Positions 1-9,140 are shown, counted from the first letter of the stretch. The stretch is DNA of 64,000 nucleotides from Bdellovibrionota bacterium (GCA_044235645.1 JBIIHQ010000007.1:34628-98627); one strand, 5' to 3'. Translations and numbers: made by a program. The notes: generated by a model not told the origin, from the letters alone.

Positions 1-120
1 CGAACTTCCTCGGGGCGATGACGCATCTACCGGGGAGGGTTATGCGACACAAGAAGACGAAATCTGCATTCCCTGCACCGCTGACTGCTCTCGCGAAAGA
101 ACCTCTTCCTCGACAACTCC

Positions 121-1404
121 ATGGTCGATGATATCCGCGCGCCATTTCCGACTCACTCCGCTCCTGGGACCTCGCGCGACGGGGCTGCCCGAGACAACGG
201 GCGGGGAACCGAACTTACGACGACGGTGCTCGCCCAAGATGGCAAACTCGGGATAGGGATACACTCAAAATTTCTTCCCCTTACCATCTCCCTTGATGCG
301 CGGGCTGGGGATATCGTTCGAGTCCGGATCGAACCTCCCTCGATTGATCACGGGAATAAAGAAACAATAGTGCGGGTCCTGCGGATACTCTCACACCCGA
401 ATCGGGGCCCAGGGCTCGCGACAACAACTCCCCGTACCCTCAGAGATCTTTTTTCCGCTGCCTCGATAAAGCCACTCCAGGAGCTCCTTTTGGCACTCCG
501 AGAGGTGCTCGAACGGAAAGGGCCGATTGATAAGAAAATTTCCCTAAAAACGGGAAACAACGTGGCCGAACCCACCCCTGGACCCGATCCTCGCCTCCCG
601 GGCCTCGCGCCACTCTCCCACTCTCGCACTCACCATATTCCCGCTGCTTACGGAGTTGGAGGCCCCCGACCCGAGGTCGCCCGAATGGTGGCCTCCCGTG
701 AACCCGCGCTCCCCATCGCCACACCGATCCCGCCAACTCCCCCTCAATCTGCCCCTCCAGAAACCTCACTCCGGTCACTCGTCGAAGCAGCGGTTCGCAT
801 GATAGCCGAGCGGGCCGCTGACGGTGGAAAGCAATCTGCCCCCACTCCCCGAACCAAATCATCGGACGACAGCTCCGCCGCGGACGAGGCCACCCGCCGA
901 TTTCAACGACTCGTCACCGAGGCTGGCCCAATCCTCGACCAGTACAACCGCCTCTTTGAATCGCTCAACCAACCGTCATACCTCCTCACCACCCTCGGCA
1001 CCCAAACCCCGATTGTCCCGCTCGAGCTCTCGTTGCTTCGCACCCCCCATCGTCCCGACCGCTCGGGCGAGGGGGTTGAGCACCCGATGGATCGAAGCGA
1101 GATTGCGGGCGATGGAGGCACGGCACATCATCGTGTGTACACCCGCCTCCGAATGACGATCCACTTGCCCACCCTCGGCCCCCTCGGGGTCGATGTGGCA
1201 TATCGGGAGACAGAGGTGCTCCTCAAGATGATCTCCCCTTCGCCACAGGTAGCGGCTTATATGGCCGGGGAGCTACCAGGCCTCGTGGAGCAGTTGAAGG
1301 GGGCGGGATATGGCGGGGTATCGTGGTTTACGGAGGTTGGGGAGGTTGGTGGGGTTATGCCGGAGTGGTTTCGGGAGTTGGTTGAGGAAGGGGTGGTGGC
1401 TTAG
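121..1404 (+). CDS. FliK/SctP-like length-control (ruler) protein with C-terminal Flg_hook/T3S4-like domain
   Basis: 427-aa ORF with a Pro/Ser/Thr-rich low-complexity centre. The C-terminus RLRMTIHLPTLGPLGVDVAYRETEVLLKMISPSPQVAAYMAGELPGLVEQLKGAGY fits the L.P..LG.V.V ... L...L..L...G pattern of FliK/SctP C-terminal domains. By-eye call only. Confidence 0.4.
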   Translation: MVDDIRAPFPTHSAPGTSRDGAARDNGRGTELTTTVLAQDGKLGIGIHSKFLPLTISLDARAGDIVRVRIEPPSIDHGNKETIVRVLRILSHPNRGPGLATTTPRTLRDLFSAASIKPLQELLLALREVLERKGPIDKKISLKTGNNVAEPTPGPDPRLPGLAPLSHSRTHHIPAAYGVGGPRPEVARMVASREPALPIATPIPPTPPQSAPPETSLRSLVEAAVRMIAERAADGGKQSAPTPRTKSSDDSSAADEATRRFQRLVTEAGPILDQYNRLFESLNQPSYLLTTLGTQTPIVPLELSLLRTPHRPDRSGEGVEHPMDRSEIAGDGGTAHHRVYTRLRMTIHLPTLGPLGVDVAYRETEVLLKMISPSPQVAAYMAGELPGLVEQLKGAGYGGVSWFTEVGEVGGVMPEWFRELVEEGVVA

Positions 1405-1515
1405 GCTATTGAATCTGGGAACAGCTGAGCGAAAATCGACGGCGGAAGGCTTACGGTAGCTGAGGAATCGTTCACTTGAAGATAGTTCCGCAACGCCGCA
1501 AGTGCTTCCCTCTTT

Positions 1516-1551
1516 TCCGCGGAAATGCCACCGTCCGCGGAAATGCCACCG
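1516..1551. repeat. Perfect 18-bp tandem duplication (TCCGCGGAAATGCCACCG x2)
   Basis: Read directly: 1516-1533 and 1534-1551 are identical. Each unit contains a CCGCGG palindrome. It lies in the 924-nt gap between the FliK-like ORF and acs. Confidence 0.9.
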
Positions 1552-2328
1552 CTCAAACCCCCACTGGTCCAAGCCCCACCGGCCGTAACTGAATTCCCCG
1601 CCAAAGCGGCTTGTACCGCCAAACGATCGAACCTCGGAACGCTCGTCACGGTCGACGACGTGTCCGGCGCTTGGGACGCTGGACTAGACTCCACACCCAC
1701 CAACCTATCCAACCTAAAGGTATTACTCACCACGATACGTTCCCTCTGGACCTACCACACCTCACCGACCTCTCACTCTTGAGAGATATGCCCCGAACCA
1801 AACCCCGTGTGACATATAACCTCAAAAAAACTCTCGAATCGAAGTGCTTGCTCGGCACACGAGGTATCAGAGACCCCGGGGAGGAGGGATTGCTGACACC
1901 ATTCCTCTTCTCCAACGACGGCTATATAGTTCACTTACCTGCCGGGCGAATCGACTTCGAATCAGCCGTCTTACTAACTCCCGCCCGATTTCCGCACCCC
2001 CTCTTGGCGCCTGGGGATCCCGCTTTTATGACTCTGAGACATGGGGATGGGGAGCATAGCCCTCCACCACTCTGAGGATATGAGCGTCTCAGCGATGGTA
2101 GTGCCCTCTGGCGATTCAGATGGACTACCCACCTCCCCCTACCGGTGCTATAACCCGCTTCACCCCCCGGATCCAAGCGCCGATTTCGAGGCGCTGCCGT
2201 CCGCGCTGGGGCATCTTCGCACCTCGCTCGGAACTGAGTATGTTCTTTTGCCCCCTCATTTCGGGGCCTCTTCTCACCGCACCCAACGCGACTCTGAACA
2301 CGTCCTGCCTCACCACAAGGAGCAAGCT

Positions 2329-4293
2329 ATGTCCTCCACCATCACCTCGCTCGGCGGATATATTCACGAATATCAGAAGAGCATCCTTAACCCAGCTCAG
2401 TTCTGGGAGCAGATTGCGGAGGAGTTTTTTTGGCGAAAACGGTGGGATGTGGTGCTCTCCCACGATTTTTCTGAGCCGCGAGTTGAGTGGTTTGGCGGGG
2501 GAAAGCTCAATATTGTCGAGAATTGTCTCGATCGGCATCTCTTCACCCGAGGAGATCAGCCAGCGATTATCTTTGAACCGAACAACGGCACCGGTGCCGC
2601 TCCGGAGCCGTCCCGCACACTCACCTATCGACAGCTCCACACCGAAGTTTGCCGTGCCGCGCAGGCGCTCGCGCGGCTCGGGGTGCGGCACGGAGATCGG
2701 GTCGCTATTTACCTTCCACTGATACCAGAGGCGATCATCGCGATGCTCGCGTGCGCACGGCTTGGGGCGGTCCACTCGGTCGTCTTCGGTGGTTTTTCTC
2801 CCCAAGCGCTTCGGGAGCGAACCAACGACTGCGGCGCACGGGTGCTGATTACGGCCGATGGCGCGTATCGGGGCGAAAAGGAGGTGGCGCTCAAAGCGGC
2901 AGCAGATGAGGCGCTGCTGGGCTGTCCTGAGGTCACCGATGTGTTGGTCGTCAGGCGCACGGGAGCTACAGTTTCGATGATGAAGGGCGAACGGGGACAG
3001 CGCCGTGATCACTGGTGGCACGAAGCGCTGGCCTCGTCGGAACCGACCCACGAGGCGGTGGCGACCGATGCCGAGGACATGCTCTTCGTATTGTACACCT
3101 CCGGTTCGACCGGAAAGCCCAAGGGGGTAGTTCACACCGTCGGCGGCTACATGGTGTACACAGCGTACACATTCCAGAATGTGTTTCAGTGCCGCAGCGG
3201 ACACGGGTCAGGCGGTTCAGGCGAGCGGGATATCTTCTGGTGTACCGCTGACGTTGGATGGATAACGGGGCACTCATACGTGACGTACGGCCCCCTCCTT
3301 GCGGGGAGCACCATCCTTATCTACGAGGGTATCCCCACCTACCCACATCCCGGTCGCTACTGGGAGATTATCGACAAGCACCACGTTACTCACTTCTACA
3401 CTGCTCCAACCGCGATACGGGCTCTCCAAGCGCTCGGCAACGATCACATCGAGCCGTATCACCTCTCCTCGCTCCGGGTGTTAGGCTCGGTCGGCGAACC
3501 GCTCAACGAGGATGCATGGCATTGGTATCACCATCATATCGGCAAGGAGCGATGTCCTGTCGTTGACACCTGGTGGCAAACTGAAACGGGGGGAATCATG
3601 ATCGCCCCGCTCGCGGGAATAACCCCGACAAAACCGGCACACGTGACCCTGCCCCTTCCCGGTGTTCAGCCCGTCATCGTCGACACGACTGGCAAGGAGC
3701 TTACCGGCAATAGTGTTGAGGGAAACCTCTGCATCAGATTTCCGTGGCCCGGCATGTTGCGGACGACCTTCGGAGATCATGAACGGTGTCGTCAGAGCTA
3801 TTTTTCCCAGTATCCGGGGCTCTACTTCACGGGTGACGGCGCGAAGAGGGATGAGAACGGCTACATAAGAATCTTGGGTCGGGTTGATGATGTCATTAAT
3901 GTATCAGGACATCGACTCGGCACCGCCGAGATCGAAAACGCGATAAATGAGCACCCCAAAGTCCTTGAATCAGCGGTGGTGGGATACCCCCATCCGATAA
4001 AGGGAGAGGGGATCTACGCCTACGCGATCGTCGACCTCACCGACCGGTCCGCCGATAATCTCGCGCGCGAGATCAAGGAAACCGTCGCGCGGATTATTGG
4101 ACCAATCGCACGCCCTGAGGTGGTGATTCTTGTTCCGGGACTTCCAAAAACTCGTTCGGGCAAGATCATGCGACGCATACTTCGCTCCCTGGCAGCGGGT
4201 GACACCTCACATTTTGGCGATACCTCGACCCTCATCAATCCCGAGATTGTCGAGCAGATCGTCGCGGCGGTAGGGGCGATGAGACAGCCGTAA
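2329..4293 (+). CDS. acs: Acetyl-CoA synthetase (AMP-forming)
   Basis: ORF 2041..4293 trimmed to ATG 2329, which is preceded by AAGGAG (2317-2322), giving 654 aa. Motifs YTSGSTGKPKG, GWITGHSY, WWQTETGG, YFTGDGAKRDENGY and PKTRSGKIMRR are typical of Acs. Confidence 0.95.
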   Translation: MSSTITSLGGYIHEYQKSILNPAQFWEQIAEEFFWRKRWDVVLSHDFSEPRVEWFGGGKLNIVENCLDRHLFTRGDQPAIIFEPNNGTGAAPEPSRTLTYRQLHTEVCRAAQALARLGVRHGDRVAIYLPLIPEAIIAMLACARLGAVHSVVFGGFSPQALRERTNDCGARVLITADGAYRGEKEVALKAAADEALLGCPEVTDVLVVRRTGATVSMMKGERGQRRDHWWHEALASSEPTHEAVATDAEDMLFVLYTSGSTGKPKGVVHTVGGYMVYTAYTFQNVFQCRSGHGSGGSGERDIFWCTADVGWITGHSYVTYGPLLAGSTILIYEGIPTYPHPGRYWEIIDKHHVTHFYTAPTAIRALQALGNDHIEPYHLSSLRVLGSVGEPLNEDAWHWYHHHIGKERCPVVDTWWQTETGGIMIAPLAGITPTKPAHVTLPLPGVQPVIVDTTGKELTGNSVEGNLCIRFPWPGMLRTTFGDHERCRQSYFSQYPGLYFTGDGAKRDENGYIRILGRVDDVINVSGHRLGTAEIENAINEHPKVLESAVVGYPHPIKGEGIYAYAIVDLTDRSADNLAREIKETVARIIGPIARPEVVILVPGLPKTRSGKIMRRILRSLAAGDTSHFGDTSTLINPEIVEQIVAAVGAMRQP

Positions 4294-4577
4294 AAAGATA
4301 TCACAGAGGACTTGCCAGCAGTCGTTCAATCGTTTGTGATAGAGGCCTCTGAGTGATGGCACGCGAGAAGGGAACGCCTAGGTGCGGTACCTGCCTCGCG
4401 GTGGTCGAAACCGTGAGAGGGCGCGCGCCGTTGAATGCCTCCTCACAACTAAAAACTATTCCGAGAAAAAACTCCCCGTCAGTCTCTGCTATTGGTAATT
4501 CTCAGCCCTCTACCTTCATGTACCGTAATCCCATGCACCGAATCCACCCTCGTTTCCCCATCTGGCAACCTTACAAA

Positions 4578-5744
4578 ATGTCAACTCGAATCTCTCAACA
4601 AGGGGCAGGTACGCTCGGTTTTCTCGTAGCGCTCGCGGCGGTGGCTGCCGTCGGGACCTTTTTGATGTTTATCTTCGGCGTCGTCGTTCCACCCGGGATG
4701 ATCGGCGTTCGCCAGATATACTTCGATACGGTCATAGGACCCAAGCAGGGATTTTCTGATCATGCCCTCGAGCCGGGGTACCATGGCAACATTCCGTTCC
4801 TCGGCACAATTCATCTTCTTCCAAGCACGTGGCTCCCGATACACTTCAACGCGGCTCGCTCGGAACAGCCTGGGACGCTCGTGCTTCCTCCACTGACAGT
4901 GAAATCGAGTGATGGGGTAACGGTGAACCTGGATCTCACCGTGATGATCCGGCTCCGCACCGCACCTGACGAAAGTGGTCGGGGTGGCCCTCGAAGCCTC
5001 CTCGTCAATGTCGGAGCATCACCTGAAAGCTGGGTGCCGATGGTTCGGACAACGACAACCAAACACCTCGTTGAGGCGCTCAAGGATCTCACAGCTGAAG
5101 AGTTTTACGACTACCAAAAACGAACAAAACGCGAGGAGCAAGGGGCCACCGCGTTGCGGAGCGCTCTGGCTCCGGTTGGGCTTGAGGTGGGCAGCGTCCT
5201 GCTCCGTCGGTTTGTGTACGAAAACCCCCAGATCGAGGAGGCAATCTTTCAGAAAAATCTCCAACAGGTCGAGCACGTCCTTGGCATTATGCGGCGGCGT
5301 CTGGCTGAAGAAGAAACTGTCACCGCAAAAAGGATTGCGGATATCGACCGCGAGATATCGGTTGTGACGAAGAATGCGCAGGTGCGCGCTGATGCCATTC
5401 GCGAGCAGGCACAGGCGACGTTGATGAAGGCTCGGGTTGAGGGTGATGCGATGGTCACCCAGGCGCGCGCCAATATCGATCGACAACGAGCGGATCTTCT
5501 CGCGACAACCGAAGGAGCTGATATCTACGTTGCACGGCAGCTTACCCCGCTCCTCCGCTCGCTCAAGGGGGGAGTCATCAGTGACCTGAATCCATACGAT
5601 CTATCCGGATGGGTTGAGGGGCTCATGCCACCGAAGGAAGGGGCGGGAGTCGGTACGGTCAATAGTCTCCGTCGCTCGGTGGTCCGCGAACCACGGCGCG
5701 ACGCTGTCCCCGCCTCAACGAACGTCCCGGCCCCTCAGCCGTAA
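4578..5744 (+). CDS. SPFH/band-7 domain membrane protein (HflK/HflC-like topology)
   Basis: ORF 4353..5744 trimmed to ATG 4578, just upstream of an N-terminal TM helix (LGFLVALAAVAAVGTFLMFIFGVVV). It has an SPFH-like core (PGMIGVRQIYF..., SSDGVTVNLDLTVMIRL) followed by a coiled-coil region. The start is uncertain. Confidence 0.65.
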   Translation: MSTRISQQGAGTLGFLVALAAVAAVGTFLMFIFGVVVPPGMIGVRQIYFDTVIGPKQGFSDHALEPGYHGNIPFLGTIHLLPSTWLPIHFNAARSEQPGTLVLPPLTVKSSDGVTVNLDLTVMIRLRTAPDESGRGGPRSLLVNVGASPESWVPMVRTTTTKHLVEALKDLTAEEFYDYQKRTKREEQGATALRSALAPVGLEVGSVLLRRFVYENPQIEEAIFQKNLQQVEHVLGIMRRRLAEEETVTAKRIADIDREISVVTKNAQVRADAIREQAQATLMKARVEGDAMVTQARANIDRQRADLLATTEGADIYVARQLTPLLRSLKGGVISDLNPYDLSGWVEGLMPPKEGAGVGTVNSLRRSVVREPRRDAVPASTNVPAPQP

Positions 5745-5835
5745 TTAATAATTGTTTTTCTGGCGTGTCGCACAGGTGCGGTAACAGATCATCAATTGCA
5801 CCATCCCAACCAATGCATTCAAGAGAGCCTTCACA

Positions 5836-7254
5836 ATGACCTCACCCTTCTTCCCCCGCCCCCGACGCCCGATGCAACCCCTGCTCCGAACAATGGCCCT
5901 TGGGTCGGTTCTGTGTATCGTGGCGGGGTGTGAAACAATCGGACTCGAAAGCGATCTCGTCCCCTCGATCGGGTTTCAGCAGGTGCAGGGAACCGAAGTC
6001 GCGCTCAAATTCCGGAAAATTCCCCGCCTGATTGGTGGAGGGATTGGTAGTGAGGTGATCTCACCGGGGGGAAAAGTGCTCGTGTGGCCGTGGGAGGAGC
6101 TTATTCGGCTCACAAATACCCAGCGAACTGAATCATGGGGTACCGGCGAGGGTGCCCACCGCCCCCTGGCTGCTCGGTCGAGTGATGGCAACGAAGTCGC
6201 GTTTGATGTGACGGTTATCTACCAAATTTCCCGCGACCCCGCCGAGCTGCGCGATCTCGTCACCTCGGTGGCCCATACCGATGAGCAGATCCGCGAACTC
6301 GTTGTTTCGCAGGTCCGCGCTCTGGTGCGCCAATTCGCAAACCGATTAGCGACCCGAAAATTTGTCTCATCAGACCTCTCTTCTGAGCTGCGGCGGGTTG
6401 AAAAAGAGGTGCCCACTCCGGGTAATCTACCAAGGAACCCGGCCACCGATGAAGCGGGCACCTTCGATTCAGTGAAACGAGAACTCGAGGTGACCCTTGA
6501 GCAGGCACTCCGTGGGTATCGGCTCGAACTCATTCAGCTCTCAGTTGCCAATCCCCGATTCGTTCGATATCGGGAGGGGGATGAAGGTGCGGGAGAACAG
6601 GTCGATGACACCTACCAGACGATGCTCGTCAACGTGCAACGGGAACAACAAGCGATCAAGCGGGAGAGTGAATCACGCAAGACACAGGAGGAGCGTAAAT
6701 ACGGGGAAAAGGAGATTGCGCTTAAAGAGGCGAGTAAAGTGATCTCCGCCGCCGAAGCAGAGGGAGAACGAATCGGCGAGGAGGCCCGCTTCATGCTCGA
6801 GACAAAACAGATAGAAAAAGAAGCTATCACAAAGTCGGGAAGCGATATGCTCGCGAGTATGCGGGCCCAGATCGAGGCAGTCGCTGGAAAGGGAGGAGAC
6901 GCTCTTTTAAGACTCGATATTGCGAGAGAACTCACTGCGGGCAACGCGTCCTTTATCGTGCTGAACACAGACACCGGAAGCGCAACAGGCGGTTCTCCCG
7001 GTAGTGTTGATGTCCGAAAAACCGATACTAATCGATTAATTCAGCAGCTTGGGTTGATCGAGGCGATGCGAGCTGAAAAACGGACTGGAATTTCAGGAAA
7101 GAACGATGCGGAAAGGGGTGCTCAGGACGAGATCAAAGGTGCCGATGCTCTCGTAACGAGTGATGTGACGCCCAGCCCAGGGACGGCTCTCAGGGCGGTT
7201 CCCTTCGCGCGAACGGGAGACGAAAAGGTAAAGCCGAGCGGTCGCAGGGGATAA
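5836..7254 (+). CDS. SPFH/band-7 domain lipoprotein with long coiled-coil tail
   Basis: Lipobox LCIVAG-C follows a basic N-terminus. The SPFH-like core includes VALKFRKIP..., SSDGNEVAFDVTVIYQISRDP and IRELVVSQVRALVRQ. The C-terminal half is Glu/Lys/Ala-rich. Confidence 0.6.
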   Translation: MTSPFFPRPRRPMQPLLRTMALGSVLCIVAGCETIGLESDLVPSIGFQQVQGTEVALKFRKIPRLIGGGIGSEVISPGGKVLVWPWEELIRLTNTQRTESWGTGEGAHRPLAARSSDGNEVAFDVTVIYQISRDPAELRDLVTSVAHTDEQIRELVVSQVRALVRQFANRLATRKFVSSDLSSELRRVEKEVPTPGNLPRNPATDEAGTFDSVKRELEVTLEQALRGYRLELIQLSVANPRFVRYREGDEGAGEQVDDTYQTMLVNVQREQQAIKRESESRKTQEERKYGEKEIALKEASKVISAAEAEGERIGEEARFMLETKQIEKEAITKSGSDMLASMRAQIEAVAGKGGDALLRLDIARELTAGNASFIVLNTDTGSATGGSPGSVDVRKTDTNRLIQQLGLIEAMRAEKRTGISGKNDAERGAQDEIKGADALVTSDVTPSPGTALRAVPFARTGDEKVKPSGRRG

Positions 7255-7785
7255 CCGGGCTGATGCCGGGGGGTGGCGACTCACAATTAATTGGAATCCT
7301 CGATTTATCCCCCCCCTTCTCCACCAACACCTTGCCCTTAATCCGATCAAACAAAATTATCCTCTTCCTTTGCCTGACAGCTCATTACGAGCCATCGGGC
7401 AGGAGTATCCGAATCATTCAGTACCCGACCTCAGATTGCTGAGTCCATCGAACTCATCTTTGATCACAGTCAATCAGCTCTTAGAGGATCCGACAATATT
7501 TTAGTGAGTGACCATACCCTTTGAACCGACGCCCGTAAAAGTAAATTTTGGAGCCCCCTTCGCAGAGAGGCTCGCCACCACCGACAGCGCCGTTATGCCA
7601 TCATTCGGTATCGCCGAGGACTCCGAGAGCACCGACGCCGCCGACCACTTACCGTCGGCTCAAAGCCGGAGGAATGTTGCGATCAAAGACACCCCTGTTA
7701 GTGGTGAGAGATGCGACTGCGGTGAGCGAGCCTTTGCTGGCCCCTAACACTTCATGCGATTCACGCTCGCACTTCCCTACGGGCT

Positions 7786-7831
7786 AGAAAAAGAAACGGC
7801 GCCTTTGCAGAAAATTCCTGCGTCGGCGCCG
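7786..7831 (-). terminator. Intrinsic terminator downstream of small ORF 7947..8186
   Basis: On the minus strand, stem CGGCGCC (7825-7831) pairs with GGCGCCG (7797-7803). An inner 4-bp extension follows a 3x3 internal loop, and the hairpin is followed by UUUCUUUUUCU (complement of 7786-7796). Confidence 0.5.
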
Positions 7832-7946
7832 ATGAAAACCAAATCGTCGCCGAAAACCAACTCAGCAAAGGAGCACACCCCACCTCGCAGATTTTGAGTG
7901 ATACCTCGAGAACAACTCTGATGGGGGCATCGGAACTACGCTCCTC

Positions 7947-8186
7947 TCAATGATGCGAGCGTAGCTGGCAGCCTCGTGGCTGCTGGTAACATGCCCTCGC
8001 CTGCGGCGAAAGATTCTCAACCGAGGAGTGACCGGGGCCTAATGGAACTTGCCGCCTGCTATCATCGAAGACGACGGCAGGGATGGCGAGCGCCACTACG
8101 AGTGCGGCAACGACCAACGGTTCCCGAGGAGAGGCCGAGGCTGAGGTAATCGTGACACGCTGACGATACATACGGCGAAAAACCAA
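7947..8186 (-). CDS. Small hypothetical protein with N-terminal hydrophobic segment and C-terminal Cys-x6-Cys
   Basis: 79-aa ORF and the only ORF of 60 aa or more in this unit. It has a basic N-terminus, then PLVVAALVVALAIPAVV, and ends ...ACYQQPRGCQLRSHH. There is no convincing SD; the start is TTG 8186 or ATG 8171. Confidence 0.25.
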   Translation of the reverse strand: MVFRRMYRQRVTITSASASPREPLVVAALVVALAIPAVVFDDSRRQVPLGPGHSSVENLSPQARACYQQPRGCQLRSHH

Positions 8187-8194
8187 AGCGCTGA

Positions 8195-8209
8195 ATGATA
8201 AATTATCAT
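8195..8209. promoter_or_regulatory. Perfect 7-1-7 palindrome ATGATAA-A-TTATCAT (Fur-box-like operator candidate)
   Basis: Read directly. It overlaps a weak sigma70-like promoter (TAGATT-17-TATCAT on the minus strand) immediately upstream of ORF 7947..8186. The TGATAAT/ATTATCA-type half-sites resemble Fur boxes. Confidence 0.4.
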
Positions 8210-8658
8210 CTCAGGCAAATCTACCGTGGCCTCAAAAATTACTCGTCCCGCCTCTCAGCAGAGATGAGAAGCGACCGATTTCGTCCATGCTCCGAAATGA
8301 AAGCGAGGGATTTCTGTCATGGGACGCACACTCATTTAGATCATTCGTGAAAATACGCATGAGAGGGAGCTGTTTTAAATGGGCGCGACCGTCGTCACCA
8401 GGGGATAGAAGATCGCGATTGCCTTAGCGGTGGGCCTTTAACTCCCGACAAGGGGCGGCCCCGAGTGCGCAGGACGAATCTCCCTGGAGACCATACCGTC
8501 GGGACAACAGAGCATTGGATGAATTGTTCGCCTCTTTACCGGAACAGTAAGGAATTGAACCGGACCAACCAGCCCAATGAAGCTATCTCTTTGACTAGTG
8601 GGTGATGAAGGGCGTCTGAAAGGAGGTCCAACCCCCAATGGACGACCGAAGCTCATAC

Positions 8659-8703
8659 AAAAAAAACAGGCGCCTCGGATGATATTTCATCTGAGGCGCC
8701 TGT
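8659..8703 (-). terminator. Rho-independent terminator of small ORF 8774..9034
   Basis: An 11-bp GC-rich stem (8666-8676 pairs with 8693-8703) carries a 16-nt loop. On the minus strand it is followed by U8 (complement of A-run 8659-8666). Flanking GCTCATAC/GTATGAGC can pair as well. Confidence 0.75.
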
Positions 8704-8773
8704 ATGAGCAGATCTCCCGGAGGTCCACGAGGGTCCAAAGAGCACCGGAACCTTGAGGGAACCCCAATGAGGT

Positions 8774-9034
8774 CTAGCCCTCCGACTTCGGGGGGCAAGA
8801 ACGCACCCTCGAGGCAGAGCACCGCTGCTTCGTATCGAAAACGCTCAGACTCACTGGCTGAGTACATCCAACCCCTTTCGCAACCGAACCCCCTCCGCGG
8901 AGGTTGGTACGGATACAGGCGGCCGGAGCGAGAGTCGGACCGGGTTCGGTGGCCGGCAGACGCTCTCCCCGACCCTGTGCGAGGGCAGGAGTGACGGAAG
9001 CCAGGCTGAGGGCAATCAGAAGGAGATAACGCAT
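8774..9034 (-). CDS. Small secreted Cys-containing protein (signal peptide, 4 Cys)
   Basis: 86 aa. It has a classic signal peptide MRYLLLIALSLASVTPALA|QG. The mature part is Pro/Gly/Arg-rich and ends ...RCSASRVRSCPPKSEG. It has its own promoter and terminator. Confidence 0.5.
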   Translation of the reverse strand: MRYLLLIALSLASVTPALAQGRGERLPATEPGPTLAPAACIRTNLRGGGSVAKGVGCTQPVSLSVFDTKQRCSASRVRSCPPKSEG

Positions 9035-9057
9035 TTCATTAAACCTAACACTCCCAC

Positions 9058-9086
9058 ATATTAGAACACCTCCTCACACTAAGCAA
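9058..9086 (-). promoter_or_regulatory. Sigma70-like promoter of ORF 8774..9034
   Basis: The minus strand reads TTGCTT (9081-9086), a 17-nt spacer, then TAATAT (9058-9063). The ATG at 9034 would give a leader of roughly 17-20 nt. Confidence 0.5.
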
Positions 9087-9128
9087 GTTTTATCTCGTCC
9101 AATCAACAAAATTTCCCGATCCCCTGCT

Positions 9129-9140
9129 ACCTTCGAAGGT
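9129..9140. promoter_or_regulatory. Perfect 12-bp palindrome ACCTTCGAAGGT upstream of promoter 9058-9086
   Basis: Read directly. It lies about 42 bp upstream of the -35 element of the 8774..9034 unit. Confidence 0.3.

Noticed and set aside
2041-2328. The ORF track gives acs a long N-terminal extension. Similar extensions occur at 4353-4577, 18691-18930, 45198-45305, 48439-48630, 61011-61121 and 61687-61983.
   Set aside because: GC-rich DNA lacks stop codons upstream of the true starts. The conserved protein cores begin at internal ATGs that have good SD sequences (e.g. AAGGAG at 2317-2322 and 18920-18925). The extensions are low-complexity and not homologous to the families.
2125-3204. A large antisense ORF (359 aa) lies inside acs. 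Many similar shadow ORFs exist, e.g. 12425..13117, 14200..14757, 15186..15770 and 41878..42450.
   Set aside because: These are typical antisense or alternate-frame ORFs of GC-rich coding DNA. They have Arg/Pro/Gly/Ser-rich compositions, no motifs, and fully overlap confidently identified genes.
8551-8566. The minus strand carries a tRNA T-loop-like string, GGTTCAATTCC.
   Set aside because: The flanking bases cannot form a 5-bp T-stem, and no acceptor, D or anticodon arms can be drawn. I found no tRNA elsewhere in the window either.
8401-8660. I considered this a possible tmRNA, RNase P RNA, SRP RNA or cobalamin riboswitch.
   Set aside because: I could not find the diagnostic elements on either strand. 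These are GAGGAAAGUCCGGGC / ACAGAA..GGCUUA for RNase P, a tRNA-like 3' end with CCA-proximal T-arm and a tag ORF for tmRNA, GGAAGCAGCC-type domain IV for SRP, and a B12 box. It is kept only as an unclassified candidate.
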